A DNA stretch of 64,000 nucleotides from Saprospiraceae bacterium (GTDB taxonomy: Bacteria; Bacteroidota; Bacteroidia; Chitinophagales; Saprospiraceae). This document shows positions 46,770 to 56,289 of the stretch, piece after piece (positions within the stretch are counted from its first letter, which is position 1; every line of letters begins with the position of its first letter). The position numbers and the translations under genes were made by a program. The stretch covers positions 219 to 64,218 of the forward strand of contig JAHDFX010000005.1 in NCBI GenBank assembly GCA_020627965.1, given 5' to 3'. Under the pieces are notes generated by a model. That model saw only the letters and a program-made list of their open reading frames with translations. It was not told where the DNA came from and ran no database searches.

Positions 46770-47834
46770 TTACCCTTCCAATCCCTGATAATAAGCCAAG
46801 CTATCCAAAATACTATCCGCCCCGCATGTCTGATTTACTATAGCATTACCGATAGATTTCAATAGTGTAAAATTGATCTTAGCATCCTCATTTTTCTTAT
46901 CCTGACGCATGAGGGCTATCAGTTGCTCAAAACTCTTCGGATTTAGCTGTGGTTTACCATAGATTTTTAAGATAAAATCAGTGATAGCTTTGAGTTCACT
47001 TTGTTTCAACACAAAGGTTTTGTGAGACAACCAAGCTTCGCAGATCATACCTACAGCAATCGCTTCTCCATGTAGCAAAGGTGTATCAGTTTGCAAAGCA
47101 TAACTTTCCACAGCATGCCCTATAGTATGGCCAAAATTCAGGACTTTACGAAGATTTTTTTCAAAGGGGTCTTCTTCCACAACATGCTGTTTGATGTGTA
47201 ATGAAGACTGTATCAAATGGGTCAGTCCATGAGGTGAAAGTCGGTCTGCTTTTTGAATAGTTTGCCAATATTTCTCATCGAGTATCAGTGCATGTTTAAT
47301 AATTTCAGCAAATCCACTACGCAATTCCCGATAAGGCAAAGTATCCAGAAAAGGCGGATAAATAAAAACAGCTTCCGGGTTGCTAAATAAGCCTACAGAA
47401 TTTTTAATGCCATTAAAATCAATGCCCAATTTGCCACCAATAGAAGCGTCTACCTGAGCTAGTAAAGTAGTTGGAAACTGAATAAAATCTATACCACGCT
47501 TGAAGGTTGCTGCACAAAACCCGCCCATATCTCCTACCACTCCTCCTCCCAGATTTATCAGTAAAGAGCGACGATCTGTCTCATAATCCATCATAGCCTG
47601 CCATATCCCCTGGCAAGTTTTAATGTTCTTATGTTGCTCTCCGGCAGGTATTTCTATAACATGGGCTGTCAGGTTGATGTTTGCTCTGAACAGTGGCAAA
47701 CAATCACGCCCCGTATTTTCATCAACCAAGAGCAGGACACGGGAATATTGTCGCTGTTCCAGCAAATAAGCAAGCTCTGTCCAGATGTCTTCTCCTAATA
47801 ATATCTTGTAATCTTGTAATTCTATGATATTCAT
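46770..47834 (-). CDS. aroB: 3-dehydroquinate synthase
   Basis: GGGVVGDMGGF and FGHTIGHA motifs and overall DHQS length. Confidence 0.9.
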   Translation of the reverse strand: MNIIELQDYKILLGEDIWTELAYLLEQRQYSRVLLLVDENTGRDCLPLFRANINLTAHVIEIPAGEQHKNIKTCQGIWQAMMDYETDRRSLLINLGGGVVGDMGGFCAATFKRGIDFIQFPTTLLAQVDASIGGKLGIDFNGIKNSVGLFSNPEAVFIYPPFLDTLPYRELRSGFAEIIKHALILDEKYWQTIQKADRLSPHGLTHLIQSSLHIKQHVVEEDPFEKNLRKVLNFGHTIGHAVESYALQTDTPLLHGEAIAVGMICEAWLSHKTFVLKQSELKAITDFILKIYGKPQLNPKSFEQLIALMRQDKKNEDAKINFTLLKSIGNAIVNQTCGADSILDSLAYYQGLEG

Positions 47835-47862
47835 ATCCTAATATCAACTTCAGCGATCATAC

Positions 47863-48150
47863 TTAATGAACAGACCTCAAGCTCCAGGCTTCCGGCTTAT
47901 CATCAAAATAGGTTTTTACAACTGCCCAGGTAGATTGGAAGAGTGTTGAATGGCGATAAGCGTTCAAATAATCCTCATTATCCCACAAACTTATGGTAAA
48001 GAATACATTAGGGTTCTCAATATCTCGCAATAATTGTACACTGCGACAGCCCTTATGCGATTCTATTAACTCCTGTTTTTCACGAAAAATTTCCTGAAAG
48101 GCTTCCGTTTTATCTTCCTGAAAAGTGAGTTTAACGATTCTTTTTAGCAT
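47863..48150 (-). CDS. ABM-domain (antibiotic biosynthesis monooxygenase-like) protein
   Basis: 95-aa ferredoxin-like dimeric alpha/beta barrel pattern (FFTISLWDNEDYLNAYRHS). Confidence 0.7.
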   Translation of the reverse strand: MLKRIVKLTFQEDKTEAFQEIFREKQELIESHKGCRSVQLLRDIENPNVFFTISLWDNEDYLNAYRHSTLFQSTWAVVKTYFDDKPEAWSLRSVH

Positions 48151-48157
48151 TTTTTTT

Positions 48158-48219
48158 ATTGTGTTATCGTGCGTTGTGTTATTGTGTTATTGTGTTATTG
48201 TGTTATCGTGCGTTGTGTT
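48158..48219. repeat. octamer-based tandem repeat array
   Basis: ATTGTGTT units (5 copies) are interleaved with two copies of ATCGTGCGTTGTGTT. The 23-bp block ATTGTGTTATCGTGCGTTGTGTT occurs twice. Confidence 0.85.
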
Positions 48220-48306
48220 GAGGTAATTTACCCCTCGAGTTCGTTTGCGATACGATCTCGCAACGCAGTGTTCTCGTTTCTCGCAGTACGGAAGGTACGA
48301 TCTCTA

Positions 48307-49077
48307 CTAATCGTGAAAATCGATTTGAACTGTATCATCTATCGCCAAACCAAGAAGACTGGCAGCCTTCCCCATATTGATGGCTATTTCCATATAATTG
48401 GCAGAATTGAACAGACATAAAGTTTCTCCTACTGGTACATCACTATAATGATCGCTTAGACTTTTGATCGGGTCATAACGTTTAAAAAATAAAGAAAACG
48501 AACGTCCGGCCTGTACACGCCGAAACAAGTCTTTTTTAATATTCAAAATGACATTATCGTAATTATCAACATGAATAACGGAGCCTCGAATCTGTGATTT
48601 ACTAATAACAGGCTGAAGTGTGATTCGTTGTTCAGGCTTACGCACTTGTTTGCCTATTTCTTTGAAAGGTTTTTCTGAAGTAATATGTGCTACTCCATAA
48701 GCAAAAATATCTGTCAGCGGAAAAGTACTTTTATTCTTATAGGGAATGGCGTATATTTTCTTAGGCATTTCTTCAAAAATCAATGAAAATATACCATTAT
48801 CAGGGCCGATGAAATAATGCCCTTCATGCTCGATGGCTATGAAACGCTTTTTGTCCCCATCAAAATTATTAACGCTAACAATATGGATACTCCCCCGCGG
48901 AAAACTTTTATACACATTCCTAACCACAAAAGAAGCCTCCACTATATTATAGGCTTTAATATCATGTGTAATATCTACAATCTGCAAAGGCACTCCGGTA
49001 CTTAGTAAAGCACCTTTAATCACGCCTGTGTAGTAGTCGTGCCTTCCCAAATCAGATGTCAGTGTTATAATTGTCAT
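48307..49077 (-). CDS. SAM hydrolase/SAM-dependent halogenase family (DUF62) protein
   Basis: N-terminal ITLTSDLGRHDYYTGVIKG is typical of the S-adenosyl-L-methionine hydroxide adenosyltransferase family. Confidence 0.75.
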   Translation of the reverse strand: MTIITLTSDLGRHDYYTGVIKGALLSTGVPLQIVDITHDIKAYNIVEASFVVRNVYKSFPRGSIHIVSVNNFDGDKKRFIAIEHEGHYFIGPDNGIFSLIFEEMPKKIYAIPYKNKSTFPLTDIFAYGVAHITSEKPFKEIGKQVRKPEQRITLQPVISKSQIRGSVIHVDNYDNVILNIKKDLFRRVQAGRSFSLFFKRYDPIKSLSDHYSDVPVGETLCLFNSANYMEIAINMGKAASLLGLAIDDTVQIDFHD

Positions 49078-49179
49078 AGATCAGGATGCAAGTACGCAAA
49101 TTTATACCGCTTTTACATAATTTTGAACTACATTTGTTTCTAATTATAACATTGCTATTCATTTAAAAAATTATTAGAT

Positions 49180-49518
49180 ATGAAACCACATACGGCTAAC
49201 TTAATCAACGCTGCAATACTTATCGGATTGGGTATATGGGGCTATTTAGCCAGCGAAACAGGTTCACCAACAGCACTTATTGCACCTGTTTCAGGGCTTA
49301 TTTTACTACTGATGACTCCTGGTATTCGTAAAGACAATAAGGTCATTGCACACATTGCAGTTGTATTGACTTTACTATTATTTATTGCGCTCTTTATGCC
49401 ATTTATGGCTCGTGAAGGACTCGCAAAAATGCGTGTAGGCGTAATGCTCCTGAGTTGTTTGACAGCATTGGCTGTATTTATTAAAAGTTTTATTGATGCC
49501 CGTAAGGCTAAAGCGTGA
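49180..49518 (+). CDS. hypothetical four-helix membrane protein
   Basis: 112 aa with four hydrophobic segments. Confidence 0.6.
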   Translation: MKPHTANLINAAILIGLGIWGYLASETGSPTALIAPVSGLILLLMTPGIRKDNKVIAHIAVVLTLLLFIALFMPFMAREGLAKMRVGVMLLSCLTALAVFIKSFIDARKAKA

Positions 49519-49547
49519 TTGGCTATTGGGTTAATTGAGTAATTGGT

Positions 49548-49594
49548 TATTGAGTGTATTGAGTTAATTAAGTGATTACTCAATACACTCAATA
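49548..49594. terminator. perfect 17-bp hairpin (possible terminator/REP-like element)
   Basis: TATTGAGTGTATTGAGT / ACTCAATACACTCAATA with a 13-nt loop. No T-run. The imperfect palindrome extends to about 49528..49608. Confidence 0.45.
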
Positions 49595-49642
49595 CTCTTA
49601 ATTAACCTACATACTCTCAATTAATTCAATCCTCTCATCGAT

Positions 49643-51634
49643 ATGAAGACTGTATATAATTACTTAGTTACAATACTCTGCCTGCTTTCCATAGGTTGCC
49701 TTCCTGAAGAGCCGGACAATTCTTATAATTTCTCTATTAAGGATGAAAAAATACAGGAGATCATTCGTTTTCAAGATGAACGGAATACAGATGAACTGTT
49801 GGGCTATACTGAGCATCCCAATATTACTTATCGTTATGCTGTGGCCAATGCATTGGCATCAGTACAAGATGAGAAGTCGGTTTCTGCATTAGTTACATTC
49901 CTGAAAGATGAAGATGAAAGAGTACGTTATGTAGCTGCTTATGCACTAGGACAAACTAAGTCTGCCGATGCTACAAAACCTATTCTCAAATCTTTTGGGG
50001 AAGAAAAATCCAGAAAAGTACAAGGTGCTTTACTAGAAGCTATAGGCAAAACCGGTGACAAAGAAAACCTCCGACAGATCAGTACTGTAAGAAATTATCG
50101 GGAAACGGATACGCTCTTACTTGAAGGACAATCGAAAGGTATTTATCGTTTTATGACTCGTGATATTACTTTGCCGGAAGGCACAACACGCATGATAGAG
50201 TTATTGCAGCAAAATACACCATCTTCAGTCAAACAGGTAGCAGCAGATTATCTTCGTCGGGCAAAAGATATTAAAATTGCTCAGTATGAAAAAGAGTTGA
50301 TCGAGGTATTTGAGAAAGAAGCAACAGCTAATGTTCGTATGTTTCTGGCATCGGCATTAGGAAAAACCAAACAAGACTCAGCATTAGTAGTACTGTCCAA
50401 TGCCTTTGATACAGAAAAAGATTATCGTGTAAAAGTGAATATGATCCGGGCATTGAGAGATTATCCTTATAAAAAAGCTCGCGACCTGGCTTTAAAAGCT
50501 GCCGAGGACAACAATCCTAATGTAGCCTATACAGCAGCAGCATATTTACGCAAAAATGCCGCTTATTACGATAGTAAAATTATTTATAAACTAGCAGAAG
50601 CAACTCAAAACTGGCGGGTAAAAAGCGAACTTTTTGCTGCCGCTCTTGCTCGTACTAATCCAGCTTTTACCAAAACCCGATACTATTACAGCAGAGCCTT
50701 AATACGAGATTTTGAAGGATCTAAAAATCCATATGAAAAAGGCGCTTTACTAATTGCAATGGCTGAAAACCCAGTTAATCTCGAATATATTGAGCAGGTT
50801 GTTTTTGACTCCATGGCAACTCCGGTTATTAAAAGTTATGGTATTCAGGCACTGGCAGAAATGCGGATCAATCCCGAACTCGACCAATTGGCTGGCTCAA
50901 AAGCCTATACTACAAAAGCCCGTTTAGCACAAATTTTCAAACGTGCAATAGAAAGTGGCGATGTAGCAATGATAGCCACCACATCGGGCATATTACGCCA
51001 GGAAGAACTTAAAATGCGTCGTGCTTATCCAGGCGGAGCCGGTTTTATGGATAATACCTTGAAAAAACTCCAATTACCACGTGATGTGGAGGCTTATAAT
51101 GAATTAAAACGAACGATCAATTATTTCAGAGGTTTTGATATAGAAAGAGGCACTATTACTCCAGAAGCCAAACAGCCTATAGATTGGGAACTGATTAACA
51201 ATTTGCCTAAAGCACCAACAGCCATTATCAGTACAAAGAAAGGCAATATTGAAATCGACTTATTAGCCAGTGAATCTCCAGGTTCTGTAGCTAATTTTGT
51301 CAAATTGGCCCAAGATGGTTTTTTTAAAAATAAAAATTTCCACCGTATTGTACCTAATTTTGTAGCACAGGGTGGTTGTCCGCGCGGTGATGGTTGGGGT
51401 AGTCTGGATTATTCTATTCGCTCTGAGCTCGGTCCGCAATATTATAATGATGAAGGTTATATAGGAATGGCTTCAGCTGGCAAAGATACTGAATGTACGC
51501 AGTGGTTTATTACCCACTCCCCTACTCATCATCTTGATGGACGTTATACTATTTTTGCCAAAGTTAGCAGAGGTATGGACATCGTACATAAGCTGGAAAT
51601 AGGCGACATCATTGAATCTGTAGAGATCAGATAA
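49643..51634 (+). CDS. HEAT-repeat protein fused to a cyclophilin-type peptidyl-prolyl isomerase (lipoprotein)
   Basis: Lipobox LLSIGC; HEAT/PBS-like repeats (VRYVAAYALGQ); a C-terminal FHRIVPNFVAQGG..GMASAG..QWFI cyclophilin domain. Confidence 0.85.
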   Translation: MKTVYNYLVTILCLLSIGCLPEEPDNSYNFSIKDEKIQEIIRFQDERNTDELLGYTEHPNITYRYAVANALASVQDEKSVSALVTFLKDEDERVRYVAAYALGQTKSADATKPILKSFGEEKSRKVQGALLEAIGKTGDKENLRQISTVRNYRETDTLLLEGQSKGIYRFMTRDITLPEGTTRMIELLQQNTPSSVKQVAADYLRRAKDIKIAQYEKELIEVFEKEATANVRMFLASALGKTKQDSALVVLSNAFDTEKDYRVKVNMIRALRDYPYKKARDLALKAAEDNNPNVAYTAAAYLRKNAAYYDSKIIYKLAEATQNWRVKSELFAAALARTNPAFTKTRYYYSRALIRDFEGSKNPYEKGALLIAMAENPVNLEYIEQVVFDSMATPVIKSYGIQALAEMRINPELDQLAGSKAYTTKARLAQIFKRAIESGDVAMIATTSGILRQEELKMRRAYPGGAGFMDNTLKKLQLPRDVEAYNELKRTINYFRGFDIERGTITPEAKQPIDWELINNLPKAPTAIISTKKGNIEIDLLASESPGSVANFVKLAQDGFFKNKNFHRIVPNFVAQGGCPRGDGWGSLDYSIRSELGPQYYNDEGYIGMASAGKDTECTQWFITHSPTHHLDGRYTIFAKVSRGMDIVHKLEIGDIIESVEIR

Positions 51635-51678
51635 AATATACACACCACCCAACATTGAAACACAAATACAAGTTATCC

Positions 51679-52515
51679 ATGAAAATTAATTTTACTATCC
51701 CTGGCTATCTCACTGTCTTGCTGATAATGATTATGCTCAGCTTCACAAACTGTGATAATTTACCATCAAAAGACAATGTTGAAAAAAAGCCTTCAACAGA
51801 AAATAAAATGAAGGAAACTAGCAAACCTAAAGTTCCTGTAAGTCAAACCAAGGTCAGCGACGATGAATTGATGGGTAAATTTGTGCCTTCAAAGCATCCT
51901 GACTTCGTTAAGATCAAATCGGAACATGCTACGAAGAACAATATATACTTACGCAAAGAAGCCTATGAAGCTTTCCAGAATATGTATAAAGCAGCTTTAG
52001 AAGATGGTATTCGCCTGAAGATCGTTTCTGCTACTCGTCCATTCAATCATCAGGTCAGCATTTGGGAAGCTAAATGGACTGGTACCCGTCTGGTTGGGGG
52101 TAAAAATCTATCTAGAGAAATGCCAGATAAAAAAGCTCGTGCATTGGAAATATTGCAATATAGCTCTATGCCTGGCACTTCCCGGCACCACTGGGGAACC
52201 GATATTGATCTGAACAATCTGGAAAATTCATGGTTTGCAAATGGGGAGGGACTAAAGATATATGAGTGGTTGAAAGAAAATGCACTGGCATATGGATATT
52301 GTCAGACCTATACACCAAAAGGCAGTGAGCGCCCATATGGCTATGAAGAAGAAAAATGGCACTGGACTTACCTTCCGGTTGCGCTTAGTTTTACAGAACA
52401 GTACAAAGCCCGTATCAAGGATGAGCATATCAGTGGCTTCAAAGGCGCTGAAGTAGCCAAAGAAATAGGTATAGTAGAAAAGTATGTTTTAGGTATTAAT
52501 AAAGACTGTAAATAA
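51679..52515 (+). CDS. M15-family D-alanyl-D-alanine carboxypeptidase-like peptidase
   Basis: SRHHWGTDIDL metal-binding motif. The ATG at 51679 precedes a signal/lipoprotein region (SFTNC). Confidence 0.75.
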   Translation: MKINFTIPGYLTVLLIMIMLSFTNCDNLPSKDNVEKKPSTENKMKETSKPKVPVSQTKVSDDELMGKFVPSKHPDFVKIKSEHATKNNIYLRKEAYEAFQNMYKAALEDGIRLKIVSATRPFNHQVSIWEAKWTGTRLVGGKNLSREMPDKKARALEILQYSSMPGTSRHHWGTDIDLNNLENSWFANGEGLKIYEWLKENALAYGYCQTYTPKGSERPYGYEEEKWHWTYLPVALSFTEQYKARIKDEHISGFKGAEVAKEIGIVEKYVLGINKDCK

Positions 52516-52523
52516 ATAAACAA

Positions 52524-53081
52524 ATGGCATTAACTGAATCAAATATGTTGCCTTTGGGCACTGTTGCCCCTGACTTTACTTTGCCCGACACCGTATCGGG
52601 AAAAACAATGAATCTAAATGAACTGACCGGCGATAAAGGCACTGTTCTTATGTTCATATGCAATCATTGCCCTTTTGTTATTCATGTCAATGATGAATTA
52701 GTTCGCTTGTCAAAAGATTATCAGCCAAAAGGTATTTCTTTTGTAGGAATTAGCTCTAATGATGTAGAGAACTATCCGGCAGATGCTCCTGACAAAATGA
52801 CGCTGCTGGCAAAAGAAGCAGGTTATGACTTTCCTTATCTCTATGATGAAAGTCAGGAAGTTGCCAAGGCTTATGATGCAGCCTGCACACCAGATATTTA
52901 TGTATTCGATGCAAATAATAAACTGGCTTACAGAGGCAGACTAGATGGTTCTCGTCCTGGAAATAATATAGCCCTGACAGGTGAAGATATGCGCAAAGCA
53001 CTCGACCATATATTGGAAGGTAAAGCGGTTCCCGAACCACATTACCCTAGTGCAGGATGTAATATCAAATGGAAAAAGTAA
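52524..53081 (+). CDS. thioredoxin-fold (redoxin) protein
   Basis: CNHCPFV motif. Paralogous to 36870..37571. Confidence 0.8.
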   Translation: MALTESNMLPLGTVAPDFTLPDTVSGKTMNLNELTGDKGTVLMFICNHCPFVIHVNDELVRLSKDYQPKGISFVGISSNDVENYPADAPDKMTLLAKEAGYDFPYLYDESQEVAKAYDAACTPDIYVFDANNKLAYRGRLDGSRPGNNIALTGEDMRKALDHILEGKAVPEPHYPSAGCNIKWKK

Positions 53082-53095
53082 AAGGAATATCCACT

Positions 53096-53138
53096 AAAAA
53101 ATAGCCGATAACGCATTGATGTTATCGGCTATTTTTTT
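53096..53138. terminator. bidirectional intrinsic terminator
   Basis: A-run, then the 12-bp stem ATAGCCGATAAC/GTTATCGGCTAT with an 8-nt loop, then a T-run. It lies between convergent genes. Confidence 0.85.
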
Positions 53139-53147
53139 ATGGATAAA

Positions 53148-53471
53148 CTATCGCTTCCTGCTTCGGGTTTTTCGACCTCTGAAAATGCTGGAAAACCATA
53201 AAATAATAATGGCACCAACTGTAGCAGAAACGATCATACCTACGATATTAGTAGGTAATTGAACACCAAAAGTATCTGATAATACTTTGGTAATGTTGCT
53301 TCCGGGAGTAATACCCAAAACATTAAAAATCATACCGCCAACTACTGCGCCAGCAATACCCAAAAGAGCATTTATAGCAAAGCCATAGGTGTCTCCTTTC
53401 ATAATTCGGGCAGCTAGTGTACCAGACACAGCTCCTACCAGAACCATTACAACTAAATTAAGTATATCCAT
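53148..53471 (-). CDS. GlsB/YeaQ/YmgE-family stress-response membrane protein
   Basis: Gly-rich TM helices (GAVSGTLAARIM, GIAGAVVGGMIF). The ATG at 53471 lies 7 nt after the upstream stop. Confidence 0.75.
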   Translation of the reverse strand: MDILNLVVMVLVGAVSGTLAARIMKGDTYGFAINALLGIAGAVVGGMIFNVLGITPGSNITKVLSDTFGVQLPTNIVGMIVSATVGAIIILWFSSIFRGRKTRSRKR

Positions 53472-53478
53472 TTTTAAG

Positions 53479-53679
53479 TTATTGTACCTCAAACGAGACT
53501 TTTAAATTAACACGATAAGCAGAGACTTTATTGTTCTTCACAACAACACTCTGACTTTGTACATAAGCAGAACGAATACCTTTAATAGATTTTCCTGCTT
53601 TTTTAATCGCACTAGCTGTTGCATCTTCCCAGCTTTTTGTGGAATCGGACATGATCTCGACAACTTTTATAACTGCCAT
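53479..53679 (-). CDS. dodecin-family flavin-binding protein
   Basis: MAVIKVVEI..SWEDA...YRVNLKVSFEV is the dodecin pattern. Start taken at the Met at 53679. Confidence 0.75.
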   Translation of the reverse strand: MAVIKVVEIMSDSTKSWEDATASAIKKAGKSIKGIRSAYVQSQSVVVKNNKVSAYRVNLKVSFEVQ

Positions 53680-53888
53680 ATTTTTTGTTTTTGATGAATT
53701 TGTTCTATGTTTTCTCAATACACTTTCAGTGAGATATGAAAACTTTCAAACAAATTTCAGTGAAAAAAATAAACGTATTCTTTTGAAAAACGAACAAAAA
53801 AACCGTTTTTACGTCATATAACTGATAAATAGCCTATACACAGGTATTCATCAATTTATTCACGCAAATTTAAACAAATAAAATAATT

Positions 53889-54497
53889 ATGGATTTAATG
53901 GGCATTTTAAGCTCCCAAATGGGTAGCGCAATTATAGGCCAAATCGCAGCAAAATATTTTGGTGGCAACAGCAAAATGGCTCAAATGGCGATCAGCGCTG
54001 CATTGCCAGTACTGATCGGTGCCTTAGCTCGAAACTCTTCAAAAAAAGAAGGGGCTCAAGCATTAAACAGCGCACTGGAAAAAGACCATGACGGAAGTCT
54101 TTTGGAAGACTTAAGCGGCTTTTTTGAGGGCAAGCACCAAGGAGAACGCTCAGCAGATGGTGCAGGTATTTTAAAACACCTGCTTGGTGACAAAAGAGAT
54201 AATGTAGAACAAGCTATTAGTCAGAATGTCGGTGCAGATAAAGCGGCTACAGGAGGACTACTAGAGTCATTAGCACCGCTTATTCTTAGTCAGCTAGGTC
54301 GCGAAAAGCGTCAGAATAATCTGGATGCTAACGGATTAGCAGACCTCCTCAACCAGAACAGACAAAATATAGAAAGCGAGCCTAAAAAAAGAGGCCTTGT
54401 CATGAGCCTGCTTGATCGTGATGGCGATGGTAAAATTGATGAAAATATTAAGCGTAAAGGTTTAAATATTCTGAGCAGTTTGTTCAGAAGAAGATAA
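53889..54497 (+). CDS. DUF937-like protein with a C-terminal EF-hand-like loop
   Basis: The repeated LL..L.P.IL pattern of DUF937, and the DRDGDGKIDEN Ca-binding-like loop. Confidence 0.6.
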   Translation: MDLMGILSSQMGSAIIGQIAAKYFGGNSKMAQMAISAALPVLIGALARNSSKKEGAQALNSALEKDHDGSLLEDLSGFFEGKHQGERSADGAGILKHLLGDKRDNVEQAISQNVGADKAATGGLLESLAPLILSQLGREKRQNNLDANGLADLLNQNRQNIESEPKKRGLVMSLLDRDGDGKIDENIKRKGLNILSSLFRRR

Positions 54498-54501
54498 GAA
54501 T

Positions 54502-54779
54502 AGATATGAGTCATTCCGGCTTTTTATCAAAATAGAAATTATAAGAGGTCGATAGTCCATGGTCGATATATGCCTTTTAGGCTTATAGTAAATTGGCAGC
54601 CCGTCCGCAAGCGGTTCACTAAAAGAATGATTCCCCGAATCATTATTTTAGCTCATATTTTGCTTTGCAAAATGCATGTATAATTTGGTAAACTGGAGTG
54701 TTTTTTTACTCCAACTATGGACTATCGACCATCGACTATCGACATTTTTTACCACTTTTAAAATTCGGGATGACTCATC
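54502..54779. repeat. nested inverted-repeat element between convergent genes
   Basis: The outer IRs are GAGTCATTCCGG (54508..54519) and CGGGATGACTC (54766..54776). The inner IRs are a perfect 13-bp pair, GTCGATAGTCCAT (54548..54560) / ATGGACTATCGAC (54717..54729). There are also GTCGATA/TATCGAC iterations. Confidence 0.6.
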
Positions 54780-54780
54780 T

Positions 54781-56289
54781 TCATCTTAATAACTCCTGCA
54801 CTTTTTGTTCCAGCCATCCCCTTTCTACCAAAGGAGATAAATTCTGTATTTCACTTTGCAATTTTTCAGTACGCCCTTCATGAAGTGATTGTCCATTAAC
54901 CACCTTCTTCCTCCTTTCCAAAATTCGCTTGAAAACATTGGCAAAGTTATTATAAGCTTGCCTCCATGATTCCGACATTTTTTTATTACGAACAGATACA
55001 TTCTGCCGCAAAGCTTCTAACTCATAATTCAGAGGATGCTCATGTATATTATCCACGGTTAGTGTAGATTCATAATATATTTTTATTAACAAAATTCTCA
55101 ATTCGAGATGATAAACAAAGTCTTCTGTTGAGCTGATCTTTGCTATAAAATCCTGTGCTTCTTCAAATTTATGGTTATGAAAACACATTAAGGCAAAAGC
55201 ATAGCTAGAAATATTCTCTTTTACATCTGGTGAAAGTTCTTTTTTATACTCCTGAATAAAATGAGCTGCCCAAATACTCTCATTCAGCTTTAAGGCATTT
55301 TTCACAATATGAATAAATTGATGCTGTGAAAAATAGACAACCTCAGACCAACAACCAAGCTCCAGTCCTTTTTCAAACACTTTGTGTTGCTCCAATACAA
55401 AGTCCTCTTCTCCTTGCCTAATCATCCAATTGCAATAATTAGTCATGTGATTAAAGAACTGCCTTATTTCCGTTTTATTAAACTTATCTAAATGAGCAAA
55501 AAGATAGTTTTTCAAAGTATCATAATGTTCTCGCTGATAACTTTCCAATAATAATAATAATGTGCAATGTATCTTAATTGCTGGTAGCTCACTATCTTCA
55601 CTATCATTCAAATGCTGCTTCACATAGTCCATAAACGGAAAACTATATTCTACCTGTAATACTTTCTGTCGAGATACTGCTGCACAATAATATTTGAGTA
55701 ATTTACTTAAAAAAGATTGGCGCAAAGCGTCAATAACTGATTGCATTTTGTTCTCTGCATTACTCCTATTATGCAATAATATACCCAGATAAAGGTCTAT
55801 CTCAGCCAATTGAAATGTAGCGTCATGGTATAAATCGTTCCTATGCGAACTTGTATTTAGCTCATTACGCATTTTATCTACCATATGGGGTAAGTACTTG
55901 TATAATTTATGGTCGACAAAAGCATTCATCGTATGGCGTTTCAACATAAACGGGTAGTGCTTTAAGTCAGTCCAAAGCATATATTCCTGAACCTGACTAG
56001 TCAATTTAGACATAACACTCCGTAATGCTTTTTCTTCCTTTGGGTGAAGTTGTTTTTTATCATCAGATAACCTTTTTATTCCTGCGTACTTTAAAAGGCT
56101 GAGCTTATCTGTAGACTTATTCAAATTGCGATGGTTTTTCCTTATCCCTCTATATAAGTCACTGACTTCTTGAGAACTATTATGAATCGGTGAGTCTAAC
56201 CATAATTCTAATTCCCGAAGTTCCTTCTTACTTAGTGCTCGTAAAATGGTAAATAATTTTGAATCACGAAGTTGAGAATTATCCAGCAT
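54781..56289 (-). CDS. hypothetical all-alpha (TPR-like) protein
   Basis: 502 aa with no signal peptide and helical-repeat-like composition. Divergent from the secreted-protein gene cluster. Confidence 0.7.
   Translation of the reverse strand: MLDNSQLRDSKLFTILRALSKKELRELELWLDSPIHNSSQEVSDLYRGIRKNHRNLNKSTDKLSLLKYAGIKRLSDDKKQLHPKEEKALRSVMSKLTSQVQEYMLWTDLKHYPFMLKRHTMNAFVDHKLYKYLPHMVDKMRNELNTSSHRNDLYHDATFQLAEIDLYLGILLHNRSNAENKMQSVIDALRQSFLSKLLKYYCAAVSRQKVLQVEYSFPFMDYVKQHLNDSEDSELPAIKIHCTLLLLLESYQREHYDTLKNYLFAHLDKFNKTEIRQFFNHMTNYCNWMIRQGEEDFVLEQHKVFEKGLELGCWSEVVYFSQHQFIHIVKNALKLNESIWAAHFIQEYKKELSPDVKENISSYAFALMCFHNHKFEEAQDFIAKISSTEDFVYHLELRILLIKIYYESTLTVDNIHEHPLNYELEALRQNVSVRNKKMSESWRQAYNNFANVFKRILERRKKVVNGQSLHEGRTEKLQSEIQNLSPLVERGWLEQKVQELLR

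Noticed and set aside
48158-48219. Tandem repeats considered as a CRISPR array.
   Set aside because: The units are only 8 to 23 bp and contiguous with no spacers, and no cas genes are present.
48169-48420. 83-aa ORF MRCVIVLLCYCVIV...
   Set aside because: It is a translation of the octamer tandem array and the antisense of the next gene's 3' end, so it is a low-complexity artefact.
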